This document shows, in pieces, positions 1 to 11,122 of a DNA stretch of 28,297 nucleotides (positions within the stretch are counted from its first letter, which is position 1; every line of letters begins with the position of its first letter). A model generated the notes under the pieces. That model was not told where the DNA came from and ran no database searches. It saw nothing but the letters and a program-made list of their open reading frames with translations. Source of the stretch: Paecilomyces variotii. Lineage: Eukaryota. The DNA lies in assembly GCA_004022145.1 (NCBI GenBank), contig RCNU01000015.1; one strand, written 5' to 3'. The position numbers were made by a program, and so were the translations under genes.

Positions 1-19
1 AAGCGAACAGTGCAGAGTA

Positions 20-150
20 GGAAATTTCTGCGATGGTTCGCTTGCGAGCAGTTAGTTTTATGGGCGGAAGTGGGAAGGGCGCTAAAGAGCGCCTAAGCGC
101 CGTACCGGGATGGTCCGAGCGCTACCGCCGCCGCACGCCGAAAATTTCCT
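20..150 (+). promoter_or_regulatory. Possible RRPE-like (GAAATTTC, GAAAATTTC) and PAC-like (GCGATG) ribosome-biogenesis promoter motifs upstream of NOP10
   Basis: ggaaatttctgcgatgg at ~20-36 and gaaaatttcc at ~140-149, upstream of a ribosome-biogenesis gene. The motifs are short and degenerate, so function is inferred. Confidence 0.35.
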
Positions 151-276
151 GCGCATGATTTCGAGATCCCCGAGATAGCACGAGAGCAAAAGTCTTCACG
201 GTCAACTTAACCAGTATCTCCATCAGAGGAACGTTAGTCCATTTTATCTCTCTAGCAGATTCAATAATTTTCCAAA

Positions 277-690
277 ATGCATCTTATGGTACGCCGTCAA
301 GCCCGATCCGTGCTCCATCTATTGTCTAACTCATGTCAGTACACTCTCGATGCCTCTGGCAAGCGCGTCTACACTCTCAAGAAGGTCCTCAACGGTGAGG
401 TTACCAAGAGTGCTCACCCTGCGAGATTCTCTCCTGATGACAAGTACTCGAGGTAAGTTTTGGCAAACCGAGGGCGCATTTCGGCCTGAAGCCGCTTGCA
501 CAGAGAGCTCCGCAAGCAAGATGAGAGACAACGTATCGGTTCTGACTGGTAAAATAGACACCGAGTGACTCTCAAGAAGAGATACGGTCTTCTTCTCACT
601 CAACAGCCTGGTAGGTTTACTTCTACATATACCTTGTTCAAACACGATTCTAATACCTGAGATCTAGACAAGACTGCTGCCAAGCTCTGA
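277..690 (+). CDS. NOP10: H/ACA snoRNP subunit Nop10 (~66 aa); exons 277-288, 340-452, 558-610, 668-690
   Basis: Spliced translation [66 protein letters not shown] contains the Nop10 hallmark [17 protein letters not shown]. All three introns are GT..AG with CTAAC/CTGAC/CTAAT branch sites. The ORF track misses it because of splicing. Confidence 0.96.
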
Positions 691-1097
691 ACGGACAATA
701 AAAGTGATAAACGGTTATAATGGCGAATGGTGTTTAATGTGGAGTTTGATTTGGTGAGAGAATATTTCTCTCTGCCTTGATCAGGATATAGTGGTTTGCC
801 AGTATTTGCTTCGTGTATTCAACGGTTCAAAGCTACCTTCCACGAATACTGGATGCGGAATGCGGAAAGCATCAGTATAGTACTTCGAGGATGGCTTAAT
901 GGAGAGATACATCTGAAATTTATGTACGAGTTTGCGTGTGGTGTCTATATCTGCGGATATGGTCTGCATGCTGGTGATATGTACATGGCATCATCATCAT
1001 CGGTATCCCTAGCGTAGTCCAGTTCTATTTTAGATCTCTTAAATACACTTTTTTCCTACCAGAACTCCGGTCATCCCTCATGCAGATGCAAATAGAA

Positions 1098-2395
1098 CTA
1101 GCGCTTTCTAGAATTCACGCTGCGTCCAGCTCCCACCTTGATCCGACCGCCAGTCCTATGGCGCTCGCCAGTGAGAATACCAGGCAGGTAATCCTCATCC
1201 ATGAGATCTCGCTCCTTCCTGAGCCGTCTCTGTTCTTCTGTTCTGGCCTTCACATACTCTTTCTGATCTTCCGCGAGAATAAGGCCGGTTCCCCATCCTC
1301 CCTGGCCACCACCGCCCTTCCACTTTCCGCTAGCGCTTCCATGCACCGGTTTCGGGATACTGTATTTGTCTCCTCGAGTGTTCCATTGCATGTTTTTCTT
1401 CAGATGCATCTTGAACTCTCCACTCGCATTCGTCGAGCACGAGACTCTGGTGAGAGTGTCCTTTCCACATCGGGGACAGAACTGCTTTGTCATGTCCTTC
1501 GTGGTAGCAAAGCATGCATGGCAGCGTTTGATGTATGTCTTGAGGTGTTGAATCCTTTGTAGAGTGGTCGTAGATAATAGGTTCAAGTTCATCTGAAGCA
1601 GTACGTTTTGACACTGTTGAAAGTCAACTAAATCGGTACAGATGTCTGGAATGTCTGATTTTTACATACCGCAAAGTCTGTGGTCATTGTTGCGACCTGC
1701 ATGACCTTAGGTTCAGTAGCTGTGATTGCTGCGCTGCCCTCATCGCGGGCCTGCTTCTTCTTGAGATTTGAGGGCGTAATCCACTCTCCACCATCGGACT
1801 CTTCGTCATCTTCTGCCTCTTCTGCCTCTTCTGCCGATTGAGGCTCGATGATCTGTTCTGGAGATGTCTGTTCTTCCGTAGCGGGGCTCCCATTTTCTTC
1901 ATTTTCTTCCAGGACGGGAGTCTCTGGGACGGGAGTCTCTGCACTCTGGAGAGTGGTATTCTCCAATTCCTTTGTGAGCTCCTCTACCTTAGTCTCCTCC
2001 TTCACGGGCGGTTTTCCATTAACTCTCTTCTGTCCTGGGACGCTCCTCAATCTCCAGTCACCTCCATTCCTCTCGCATTCGAGTTCATACGCCAGCGCAA
2101 GTATTTCGATATCGACTTTACTCAGAACGGCCCTGTCTCCAGTCTTTCGTGCAAATTCACTGATGACACTAATACTTTTCGGTGTAGGCGTCCTCTGTTT
2201 GAGGAACGGAAGGTATAGCGTTTCGACTCGCGCCCTGGCATCGGGATCACGGATTTCATTAATGACAGAAGGGGTCGTGGCGAGTTCTTCTGACTGCGCA
2301 AGGAGCGTGGACAGTGGAGGGATGTTCTTGAGGAGGGGTCCGGCATCGAGAACGATTGTGTGCACCGGCTTCGTCGCCGGGGTTGAACCGGACAT
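1098..2395 (-). CDS. NOB1: 20S pre-rRNA D-site endonuclease Nob1 (~413 aa); exons 2395-1670 and 1613-1098, intron 1669-1614
   Basis: N-terminal PIN domain (HTIVLDAG..EIRD..LSKVDIEILAL), acidic linker with GEWITPSN, TTDFA|CQNVLLQMNL across a GTATGT..CAG intron, Zn-ribbon CHAC...CPRCG, and C-terminal LILAEDQKEY. ATG at 2395 has a good context (gccatcATG). Confidence 0.95.
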
Positions 2396-2521
2396 GATGG
2401 CGACAGTTGCCAAATCTGGCTCTGAAAGTAATAATAAAGAGAGAGAAAGAGGAACCCAACGAAGCGCGATCCGTAAGTTGGGTATGTTTGTGCCCCTCCG
2501 CTGGTGGTGATGATTTCTCGC

Positions 2522-2575
2522 CTGGAATTTTCAGTGAGATGGTCTGTGCGTTAAGCTTATCTTAGCGCTATCGCT
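2522..2575 (-). promoter_or_regulatory. Possible RRPE-like (TGAAAATTCC) and GATAAG/GCGATAG motifs upstream of NOB1
   Basis: The minus strand reads ...gcgatagcgctaagataagc...ctgaaaattccagg, ~130-180 nt upstream of the NOB1 ATG. Function is inferred from the gene class only. Confidence 0.3.
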
Positions 2576-5155
2576 TCTCCCAGTCTCGACTCTCGAGAAA
2601 CTCGAGAAACAGAGTGCCTGGAGACGGATCCTAAGCCAAATGAACAGAAAATGGCGATATTGGCTGTGTCATTATGTTTATTCAGTTCTACTTGCAGCCA
2701 CCCTTCTCTCGCATGGCTAGTGTGCATGATATTTCTGACAATATCGAACCCTCTACCCTTCCCGGATGTCTGCTTATTCCAAAAATAATGTAGGCTTCGT
2801 GGTAATGAGTAGACACTAAGGGAATTCCATTTGAATCTATCTCTCAGCTATTTCAATGGAATTAGGTAAATTTACCAGGAAACAAGAAGTTTCTTTTCAT
2901 AAGGCAATAGAGCTATCCAACTCATAGTCTGTGCATACTAATGACTCCAGAATACCTATGTACACATGCAGTTGATACCAACGATTTTATTTTCAGTTCT
3001 TGCACGGAACGAGTACAAGGACTTCTTCTCCAGTCACCCTTATGTTTAGTGTGCTCCTTGCTGTAGCGGAGAGACATATAGTACTCTGCCACACCAAAGC
3101 TCCATGCATAATGAGATCGGCCCTTTCGTATCCCGGTGTCTCACTGAATTCTTGGCTCTGGAAAGACTGAAAGTTTTTGAGAATCATTATATTCTTTGAT
3201 GGTCTTCCATCGTCCTTGTTGGCATATTGTGCTGCTCAGAAGTCTGCCATTACTATGCGTGCACAGACCCTTACAGCAGCTCGTTGCTATCATATCAAAC
3301 TATAGAAAGCTTAAGAAGAAAAAGAAAAGGTCTAAAATTATCCTGTTGAAGATCATCAGACTGATTGGGACATGAAGCTTTCTCGTTGCCATGTTGCTCC
3401 CGCAACAATCCCCCTCGCTCTTGCTATCGCCATTGTTTTGACTTCAGTCCACCCAATCAGGTCAGGGACATGTATATCTCCCTTCGATAATGGTCTATAA
3501 AGTTCTGAGGATCATCTAGATTAAACACAAGGCGCATAACCTTACTTCCCCGTTCTGCGATTCGGGGAATTTCGTCCTGCGTACTGGCTTGATGCTGCAT
3601 ATATACTTGCGCCAATAACTCAACTCCTCCAGTCATGAGTCTCGCAAGGGACATGGGAATATTTATGTAACAAACTAATATGGATCAGGGTGACATCGAA
3701 ATCTTATCTGCTGTGTTCCGATCTTCCGAAACAGATCCTGTCACTGGATATGACTGATCCTAAAGTGATCGTCAAGGTCGAGTACGGAGTACAGCTTGGT
3801 CGAGAGACCCGTCTGGTGGGGAAAACAGACTTGGACTTTCCGCGCTTCTCTGCGCACCTCAACACCAACACAGCAACTTGACAAATTCAACCCTATCGCC
3901 AACGCTCGGCCCTTCCGATATCAATTTCGCGAGAATAAAAGAAAACTATCGTCTATACTTCATACTGCCCCGCGGTGAGGGGTCTAGAAGACAGCCGCAT
4001 TGTCACAAGCTGGACCCCCTCCCCCTAGCCGACGTCCCGACGTTCACTCTGTGAACCCTGAATTGATCATCAACATGGACGGAACAGAAAATCCAAGACA
4101 TTGGACTTCGAGTCCACACTGACTGCCCCAATGGTTCGTCAAAGAGTTTAGGCCAGGAGCGAATAGTTCTGGAGATCTGCACCGACAAGCAGGATAGTTC
4201 AGCTTAACGTCTCGATTGCTCCTCCCCCTTGCTGCGTGGCGTCGGTGCACGATAGCTTAAACCACGCCACAATTCTATATAACCAAAGTGGCGGTCTCTC
4301 CACAGACTCAAAAGAGACATTATTCTCTTGATTTAGCCAGGGCTTTGTACCTTTCCCTTACTCTGGAAATGATCTGACTTATGTAAGTTCTCGGTTGTAG
4401 GGATGCCGCTGATTTGAACTGCAACATCTCGGAATATATTGGCCAATGCTCTATGAGTCTACGCGAATCTGGATCCAATTTTCCAATGGAGCACTGCAGG
4501 TCCATTTGAGAAGTGCGTCAGTAGTATGATAAAAGTCTATTTGTCTGGATGTTTACGCCAACTAGGTTGACACGGGCGGTTCTCTTAGTTTCCGTACGGG
4601 CGTTCCGCTCCGTGGACCAAGCGAGGGCAGCCGTAAGGCACTTGTTCAGGTTAGATATGGCTATCCTGATTGGCATATCATGGCTTGCGAATGAGTTCCC
4701 TTTCTGGAGGACTCTCTCCGATTGGGAGGTGGCCGCAGTTACGAATCTTAAACCGGATCTCTCTGGGCTGAGCTGTCACAACCTAATTGAGTAGGGCATC
4801 ATTTTTCCTATGCCTGTCAAATGGTGTCGAAGCAGGTTATTCGCCCCTCCCTTGCTGCTCATCTGAGTCTATACTGTCTGTCCCCAGCTTATCCCGCCAA
4901 GCTGGAGGGGTACTGAGCCTGGTGCGAGGAGGGACCTTGGAGCTCTCACTGACAGAGAGGTTGCATCAATGTCTAGCCCAATTCAGAACTGTTTTATGCA
5001 TGTCATGATTTATATCACGCAGGTGCCCTTGCTATCTCTTCAGCCTCATTCACCTTCTGTCAAGATTGCTTTCCATGACAAGCGTCGATGGGCGAAGGCA
5101 AACTGCCGTCGACGACTCTAAGGACTTCTGACCAGCAGCAGTCTTCCCAGGCAAG

Positions 5156-6559
5156 ATGAGCAGCAGCGGTGGTATCCTTCTCCCTCGGGAGCACACACGG
5201 ACCATTGTGTCTGCTCGCGGGGGGAGAGCCTTGGCTGCCAGCATTACTTTCACTTTTCTTGCGACATGTGCCGTTGCTGCCCGTCTCTACACCAGGATGA
5301 AGATCATTCGCAGGATTGAGCCGAACGATTGGATGGTTCTGGTTGCCTTGGTATATTTCCAGATATACTGCCATGCCTCTAGATAAATACTGATGTTGAC
5401 ATAGCTATTCTCATACCTTTTCCTGGGCTTCTTCATAGGAGAGACGGTGTACGGGATGGGCGTGCCCGGGCCTCAGATCCCGCCGTCAACGCTGAAAATG
5501 CAGATGCAGGTGAGAGATGCCGGCATATTACTTTTGAGGATGCCCTCTTATGTTCGACATATATACAGAATTTCTGGATCACCGTCCCAATGTACAACAC
5601 TGCCGTTATCTGTGCGAAGGCATCGATCCTGATGCAGTACTTCCATGTCTTTCCGACAAGGGGCATGCGGATTGCTTGCTCGATTATGATCACCGTCCTG
5701 GCCATATATGGCACCTGGGCCGTCCTGAGCGGATATCTGAACTGCATCCCTGTGGCAAAATTTTGGGATCCCACTATTCCTGGATACTGTATAGATATGA
5801 AGGCACTTTGGTTCTCCAACGCCAGCATGCACATTTTTACCGATATTGTGATTCTGGTCATGCCTCTGCCTGCCTTGCGGTCCTTGGATCTTCCTCAACG
5901 ACAGAGGTTAGCACTCATGGGAATCTTCGCGGTCGGTGGATTGTAAGTTTGACCTCCTATCTTTCTGTCTATCAAGATGGCTATAGGTCGAACATCAGCA
6001 GCTAATAGTCGATCTCTAGCGTCTGTATCACCAGTATCTTCCGTCTTATCAGCTTGAAGGTGATCGCTCAGTCCTCAGACCCAACATGTAAGCTCTATAA
6101 GACTTAAATTCCATAACTGCCCCGGCTGACCTTGACCCTACAGATGATAACGTAGGCGCAGCCACCTGGTCCGCTATCGAATGCAACGTTGGAATCATTT
6201 GCGCCTGTCTGCCTACCCTTCGCCCCCTCATCTCCCGCATCCTCCCGCGCTTCCTTTCAACACGCAGCGGTGGGAGCAGACCAGCCAAGCGAAATACTTT
6301 CTCTCGGGGACGTGCTCCCACCTACCGCGGCGGAACTACTTCATCCACTGCTGGAACCCCAGGCGACGACCTCGAGTACGGTATGTGCAGCGTCGACATG
6401 GACCGTGTGTTGGCAGGAATCCCCTTGCCACATCCTGCGAACAGTCACAGAACCGGTCGAGAGGTCAGGAAGGAAGAGAAAGACAGCGTTCTGCTAGCGA
6501 AAGAGAAGGAGTTCAACGGTTCGGAGTCGCCTTCGTCAGCATCGGGGTCGTCAAGGTAG
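5156..6559 (+). CDS. PTH11-like fungal integral membrane protein / GPCR (fungal rhodopsin-domain family, no CFEM domain); exons 5156-5350, 5405-5509, 5569-5942, 6020-6087, 6144-6559
   Basis: Spliced product has the family motifs ARLYTR..NDW, YGMG, AKASIL.QY..VF, CIPVAKFWD..IPGYC, IFTDIVILVMPLP..L.LP..QR..L.GIF.VGGF.CITSI.RL, DPTYD and WSAIECNVGIICACLPTLRPL. Four GT..AG introns keep the frame; stop is TAG at 6557-6559. Confidence 0.92.
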
Positions 6560-8349
6560 AGTAGTGGCACTACCAAGACCAATCCGATAGAAAGGTCATG
6601 TTTAACATGGCTATGTCCTAATTACCCTATCTTTCCTTCTCCTTTTGGACATTCGGTTGCCTTGACCTGGCTATATATTCTTCATTTTCTCAATCTGTAC
6701 TATTGTACCGACTTTTATTTTTCTTCTTCTATGGTCTGATATTCCCCAAATTTTGTGTCTAGCGCACAATGAAAGATGGAAGGAAGAGTCTTGTGTACTT
6801 TTGTTGTCCATGTCTATCCACTCTCAGGATTCGCTCGGGTTAATAATCATGTAAATCATCACTAATACATGTGAACAAAGCAAAAAAAAAGGGGGGGGGG
6901 ATAATAAGAAAAAGGCAGGAATGAAAAGTGGTATAACGCAAGAGCAACAATACCCTCGAATATACGCACTGCGAATCCAATAGACCGGCCTAGCATGCAA
7001 ACGCAGGTTCTCCCTGATTTTCAAGAACTGGTTCTTTTCTCTCTCCAATCTGAATGTTTATCCTCTTGCTTAGTTAATTTACCTTTAAGCCCTGTGTATG
7101 CATATACGTCGCGTGCGCGTTGCGCGTTTAGGGTTATTTATTGTTGGTCAGTTTTTAACTAGGCCCGGCGGCCGAAATACCCCTTACATATATAGTCCTC
7201 CTTCTTTCCCTCCCATTTCACCTTTCTTTCTACGTCTCATATTCATTATTTGTCAACTTAATATCTCTGTTACTCATCAAAGTATCAGTGAGTCCGATTT
7301 TGATTTTCCAACCAGCCATGTAAAAACAATATCTATCCTATCTGGTGGCATTTTTGGCCTTTATAGCTTTGATTTGCCTGTTATGTGTGTGCAATGAACA
7401 GTTTACATTTCATGAATGGGTCTTTCGTCCAGCAAGTAATATAAGGTAATTCTTCGCAATATATGGTAGACACTGTTCGTTCTTCAGTCTGTTATTATCA
7501 TAATGCGACGACCGCAGCCTTGTCTGATCCGAATCCCGACTCTCGAGCCTAACCGCCCGCGAGTATACATATCAACCCATCAACGAAGGCATTTGCTTTT
7601 ATACCTGTATCAGGATAGACCATCGATATTCGCTTGCTTGCATGCCATGGGAGGGTCAGCATCTACCCATCCTGTGGACCTCCTTATCCACGAGAAGTTA
7701 TAACTATAGTTACCCCATCCTAAATTTCTAATAGACCAAAGGTCCAATAAATAAATAAACCACCATAGATCTCGTATATCCATCCCATGTCTAGTTCTCG
7801 AAACTCCGCGGAGTTCTGTAATCGCTAGCTCTTGAAATTGGGTCGTTTGAGTGAAATTAGGTAATGTGGATGTAGTGGTAAATCGTTTTTCTTAGACTAT
7901 ATAGATGAGCAGGAGGAGTACTTAATGATAATACTTTATCCTTTATCCCGCGGTTATCGACTGCGCGATGATAGGTTACGGTTGGACTTTTTCGATGATG
8001 TATTTATTCGGTTTACTCTGGTTGTTATGGCTTCCGTCCAATATATATATTTTTTCTACGTGACGGCTTGTTCCACTTACGCGTAAATGCATGTACACGT
8101 ACTACGCCTATCCAGTCTACTTTATCTAATGAATCAAATAGATTTTGAGTCCAAATATATTCATAATGTTCATATACTTTTAAACTGAAAACACTAATGC
8201 AACCGGGATGCTATTACAACGCGCCTAGATCACATGCGATGCAAAACTAACAAGGGAAAACGAACGCTCTTCCCCGGATATCAAACGTAAAGAATGCTGA
8301 AAGGCCAAGCAGAATGAAACTCTTGCGAGTCTACGTCTCGTCTACGAAT

Positions 8350-9918
8350 CTAAAACCCCTGAAACTCCGCGTCCACTTCTTCGTAGTAATCGAAGAAGCC
8401 CTTGAAGATCTTGACGCCAAGACCAGGATCGAGACTCCCGGTCGTGGCGCGGATGCTGTGCATGCTCAACTGCGGAATACCCGCGTCGATGGCTCTCATG
8501 CCAATGCGAGCACTGGTCATGGGTCCGATAGTGCCGCCAGAACGAGAGTCGTTGCGAATCTGGAAGACTTGCAGGGTGGAACCGCACTTGTCGGCAACGC
8601 GCTTGAGGATGGCGGAGCTGACGCTGTCGGTCGTCATGTGGCCGTTGGGATCGGCGCTCACTGCAACACCAACGTTGAGTCTGGGAGAGTGGTTCTCGAG
8701 ATAGACATTGAGGAAGTTGGGGTTGACGGCGTGGATGACGTCTGAGGAGACCAGGAAGCTGTTGGCAACAGTCTGGGAGAGTAGATTGGGTCCATAGGTG
8801 TTCGCAGGAGCAAAAGCTTCCGCAATACGCTCGATCACACTGGACATAAAGTTGGAGCGTGCACCTTGACGGAGAAGAGATCCAACCTCCTCGTCATCGA
8901 ACATGCCGACCATCTTCACAATTCCCGGGGAACTCTCATCGGGAGAAGCGAGCAGGGCCTCCTGCGCAGCGTAGCAGCAGAGCTTGTCATCGATCCTGCC
9001 AGCGAAAATGAGATCCTTCTCCAGTCCACCGAGCTGCGCCGGTTGGCTGTCAAACAGCTCAAGCTCCCAGTTGACAATGCTGGTATAGTCTGTGATACCT
9101 AGCTCTTTGGAGATGACCTTGACCAGCTTCTCAGGCTGCGTCGCGGCAAAGGTACCGGACGGGATATCGCTTCGCGTTTCGGCATTGGATTCACCAAAGA
9201 TGTCCGAGTTGTCCACTCCAATTATGGGCACCATCTGCGTCTCCTGGTTGAATGGCCCTTGCGAGGGAGCACCAAAGTGTGGTGCGAGGGTTGGGATCCT
9301 TGCAATGGGCCAGTCCAACTTGACCAGCTTGGTCTCGACCTTGTCTGTGTTCGGATCGCGTACCAGGACTCGTCCACCCAGCGACAGGTCACGATCCCAC
9401 CAGGTGGAGTTGAGCGCACCCGCATAGGGGGCCACGCCCAACTGACGGAAGCCAGCCTTGTTGGGCAGCGTAGGGATAGGCTTCAGCTTGGCGGTAAGCG
9501 CATCAATGTGGCCGGCGACGATACCGATACCATTTCCGCTCTTATAGTCCTTCCCGACAGCGAAAGCGATCAGGGCACTTCCATTGCGGGTAGTGTAGTA
9601 CTTTCCACCACGCTTCAGTTCCGATGTCCAGACATCACGCTCGGAGAGACGCTTGTAGCCATGCTCTTCTAGTTGCTTGGAGAAGTGCTCGACGGCATGG
9701 AAGATGGTGGGGTTCGAGGACATAAACTCGCAGAACGGTTTTGAGTAGGCATCAGGAGAGACGGTGTCCGTCGCAGCACGAGGCTGTGACGGTCTGGGTG
9801 GCAGTACCTGCGAAGATTGTACGGAGACAGGGATGTATCGAGCCTGGGACAACTGGTCACTGTCAAGACGCAGTGTTGAGACGGACGCCTGCAGATCAGC
9901 AACTCTCTTCTTGGTCAT
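8350..9918 (-). CDS. Peptidase M18 family aspartyl/vacuolar aminopeptidase (Lap4/Ape1-like), 522 aa, intronless
   Basis: M18 motifs: PTIFHAV, GHIDA, TWWDRDL, IPTLAPH, GRIDDKLCC, FDDEEVGS, SSDVIHAVNPN, SGGTIGP, PQLSMHSIR. The N-terminal extension resembles that of the Ape1/Lap4 subgroup (inference). Confidence 0.95.
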   Translation of the reverse strand: MTKKRVADLQASVSTLRLDSDQLSQARYIPVSVQSSQVLPPRPSQPRAATDTVSPDAYSKPFCEFMSSNPTIFHAVEHFSKQLEEHGYKRLSERDVWTSELKRGGKYYTTRNGSALIAFAVGKDYKSGNGIGIVAGHIDALTAKLKPIPTLPNKAGFRQLGVAPYAGALNSTWWDRDLSLGGRVLVRDPNTDKVETKLVKLDWPIARIPTLAPHFGAPSQGPFNQETQMVPIIGVDNSDIFGESNAETRSDIPSGTFAATQPEKLVKVISKELGITDYTSIVNWELELFDSQPAQLGGLEKDLIFAGRIDDKLCCYAAQEALLASPDESSPGIVKMVGMFDDEEVGSLLRQGARSNFMSSVIERIAEAFAPANTYGPNLLSQTVANSFLVSSDVIHAVNPNFLNVYLENHSPRLNVGVAVSADPNGHMTTDSVSSAILKRVADKCGSTLQVFQIRNDSRSGGTIGPMTSARIGMRAIDAGIPQLSMHSIRATTGSLDPGLGVKIFKGFFDYYEEVDAEFQGF

Positions 9919-11122
9919 GGCTGTATTAGAGAATGTATTCGGAAGTCAGAAAGGACAGGATGTAAGACACAGAGTACCAGAGGAGGAATGAGGGGAAACG
10001 AACGAGCAGAAGAGAGTGAGGATGTGTTGAGATGAGCTGAGTCCGTTGCTAAGCTCGGGCAGCGTCGGCGTTCCTGGCCGGAATGTCCCTAGTTCCGTTT
10101 TAGTCGGACATCGAAGTCCAATTGTCGTTTCCAGAACAAGACACATCTCGAGCACGGTTCACCGTCTAATTATCTCTCTGTTTACCTAGTTAGCACATAC
10201 TCACAATGGGTTTAACTACTGGATTCCAAACACAATAATTGCCTGGGAGAACATCGTGTATCCAAAACAGGCTGGAAGGAAACTTATGTGGACCACCTGA
10301 TTGCGCGGCATACCCTGTTGCTCCAAGAGATTGCCAGTAAATCTCAGGGACCACAATCCTGAAGTTCAATAGTTTATCTTATAGACGCACTCTTCACAAT
10401 TTTCTGGACGCGATCTGTCATCTCCACAGCCACATGGTGAAGATATCCGTGCTTTTCCCGCCAGAGTGGTGCTGGTCTCCGCCGTCCGGAATGTTCGAAG
10501 GACGATTGGGATAGACATCGTCATCACGATGTGCCACATGTCTCACGTGGGAATGTGCCGCAAATTAACCACGAGCCGTCACTGTAAATTGACAGCGGGG
10601 AATATAATTACATTGTCTCACAGAAGAATCCTTGAGACCCTGATCTGGCTGAGACCCCTGCCATTGTTTGTGGCCGGAATAGTCCAGTCTGCAGTGCCGG
10701 GTATGCTGTATACCTCCAGGATATACAATATGCCAATCCAGGAAAAACACGGCCATTCAAGACATTCTAGATGGCATGTTCATAAACATGTATTTGTTTT
10801 TTGTTTTTCTTGACATCGATCCCTCAGATTCAAGAGCCAGCCGGATCGCATAGGGGTAGAAGCAAGGAGGCAGATTGACTCTAGCGGTGATCAGCATCCC
10901 AAACAAAACTTTCTATGATATAGCCTAAAAATCCAGAATCTATGGTAATAAAACAGAAAGCATTGCCAACAGCACAGCGGATCAAGCTGTCGAAGCAAAT
11001 AGAAGCGAAATGTGACAAAGGCAAGACTAGGTATTCTATCTCCAATACCAAGACAGCCAAAAAAGATAAAAACTATGTCCAATGAGAACCTAAACCGTAC
11101 CGCTCTCTCCTACTCATACCTT

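Noticed and set aside
453-557. TPP riboswitch or snoRNA in the NOP10 intron
   Set aside because: Lacks the TPP consensus core (CUGAGA..CCUGAUC) and convincing terminal snoRNA boxes. Kept only as a generic structure candidate.
7070-7270. Solo LTR-like patch (TATA followed by a CT-rich tract)
   Set aside because: No matching TG..CA inverted termini or TSD could be established.
7802-7815. 14-bp palindrome AACTCCGCGGAGTT, and the A9G10 run at 6882-6900
   Set aside because: Isolated short features with no supporting context; compatible with chance or replication slippage.
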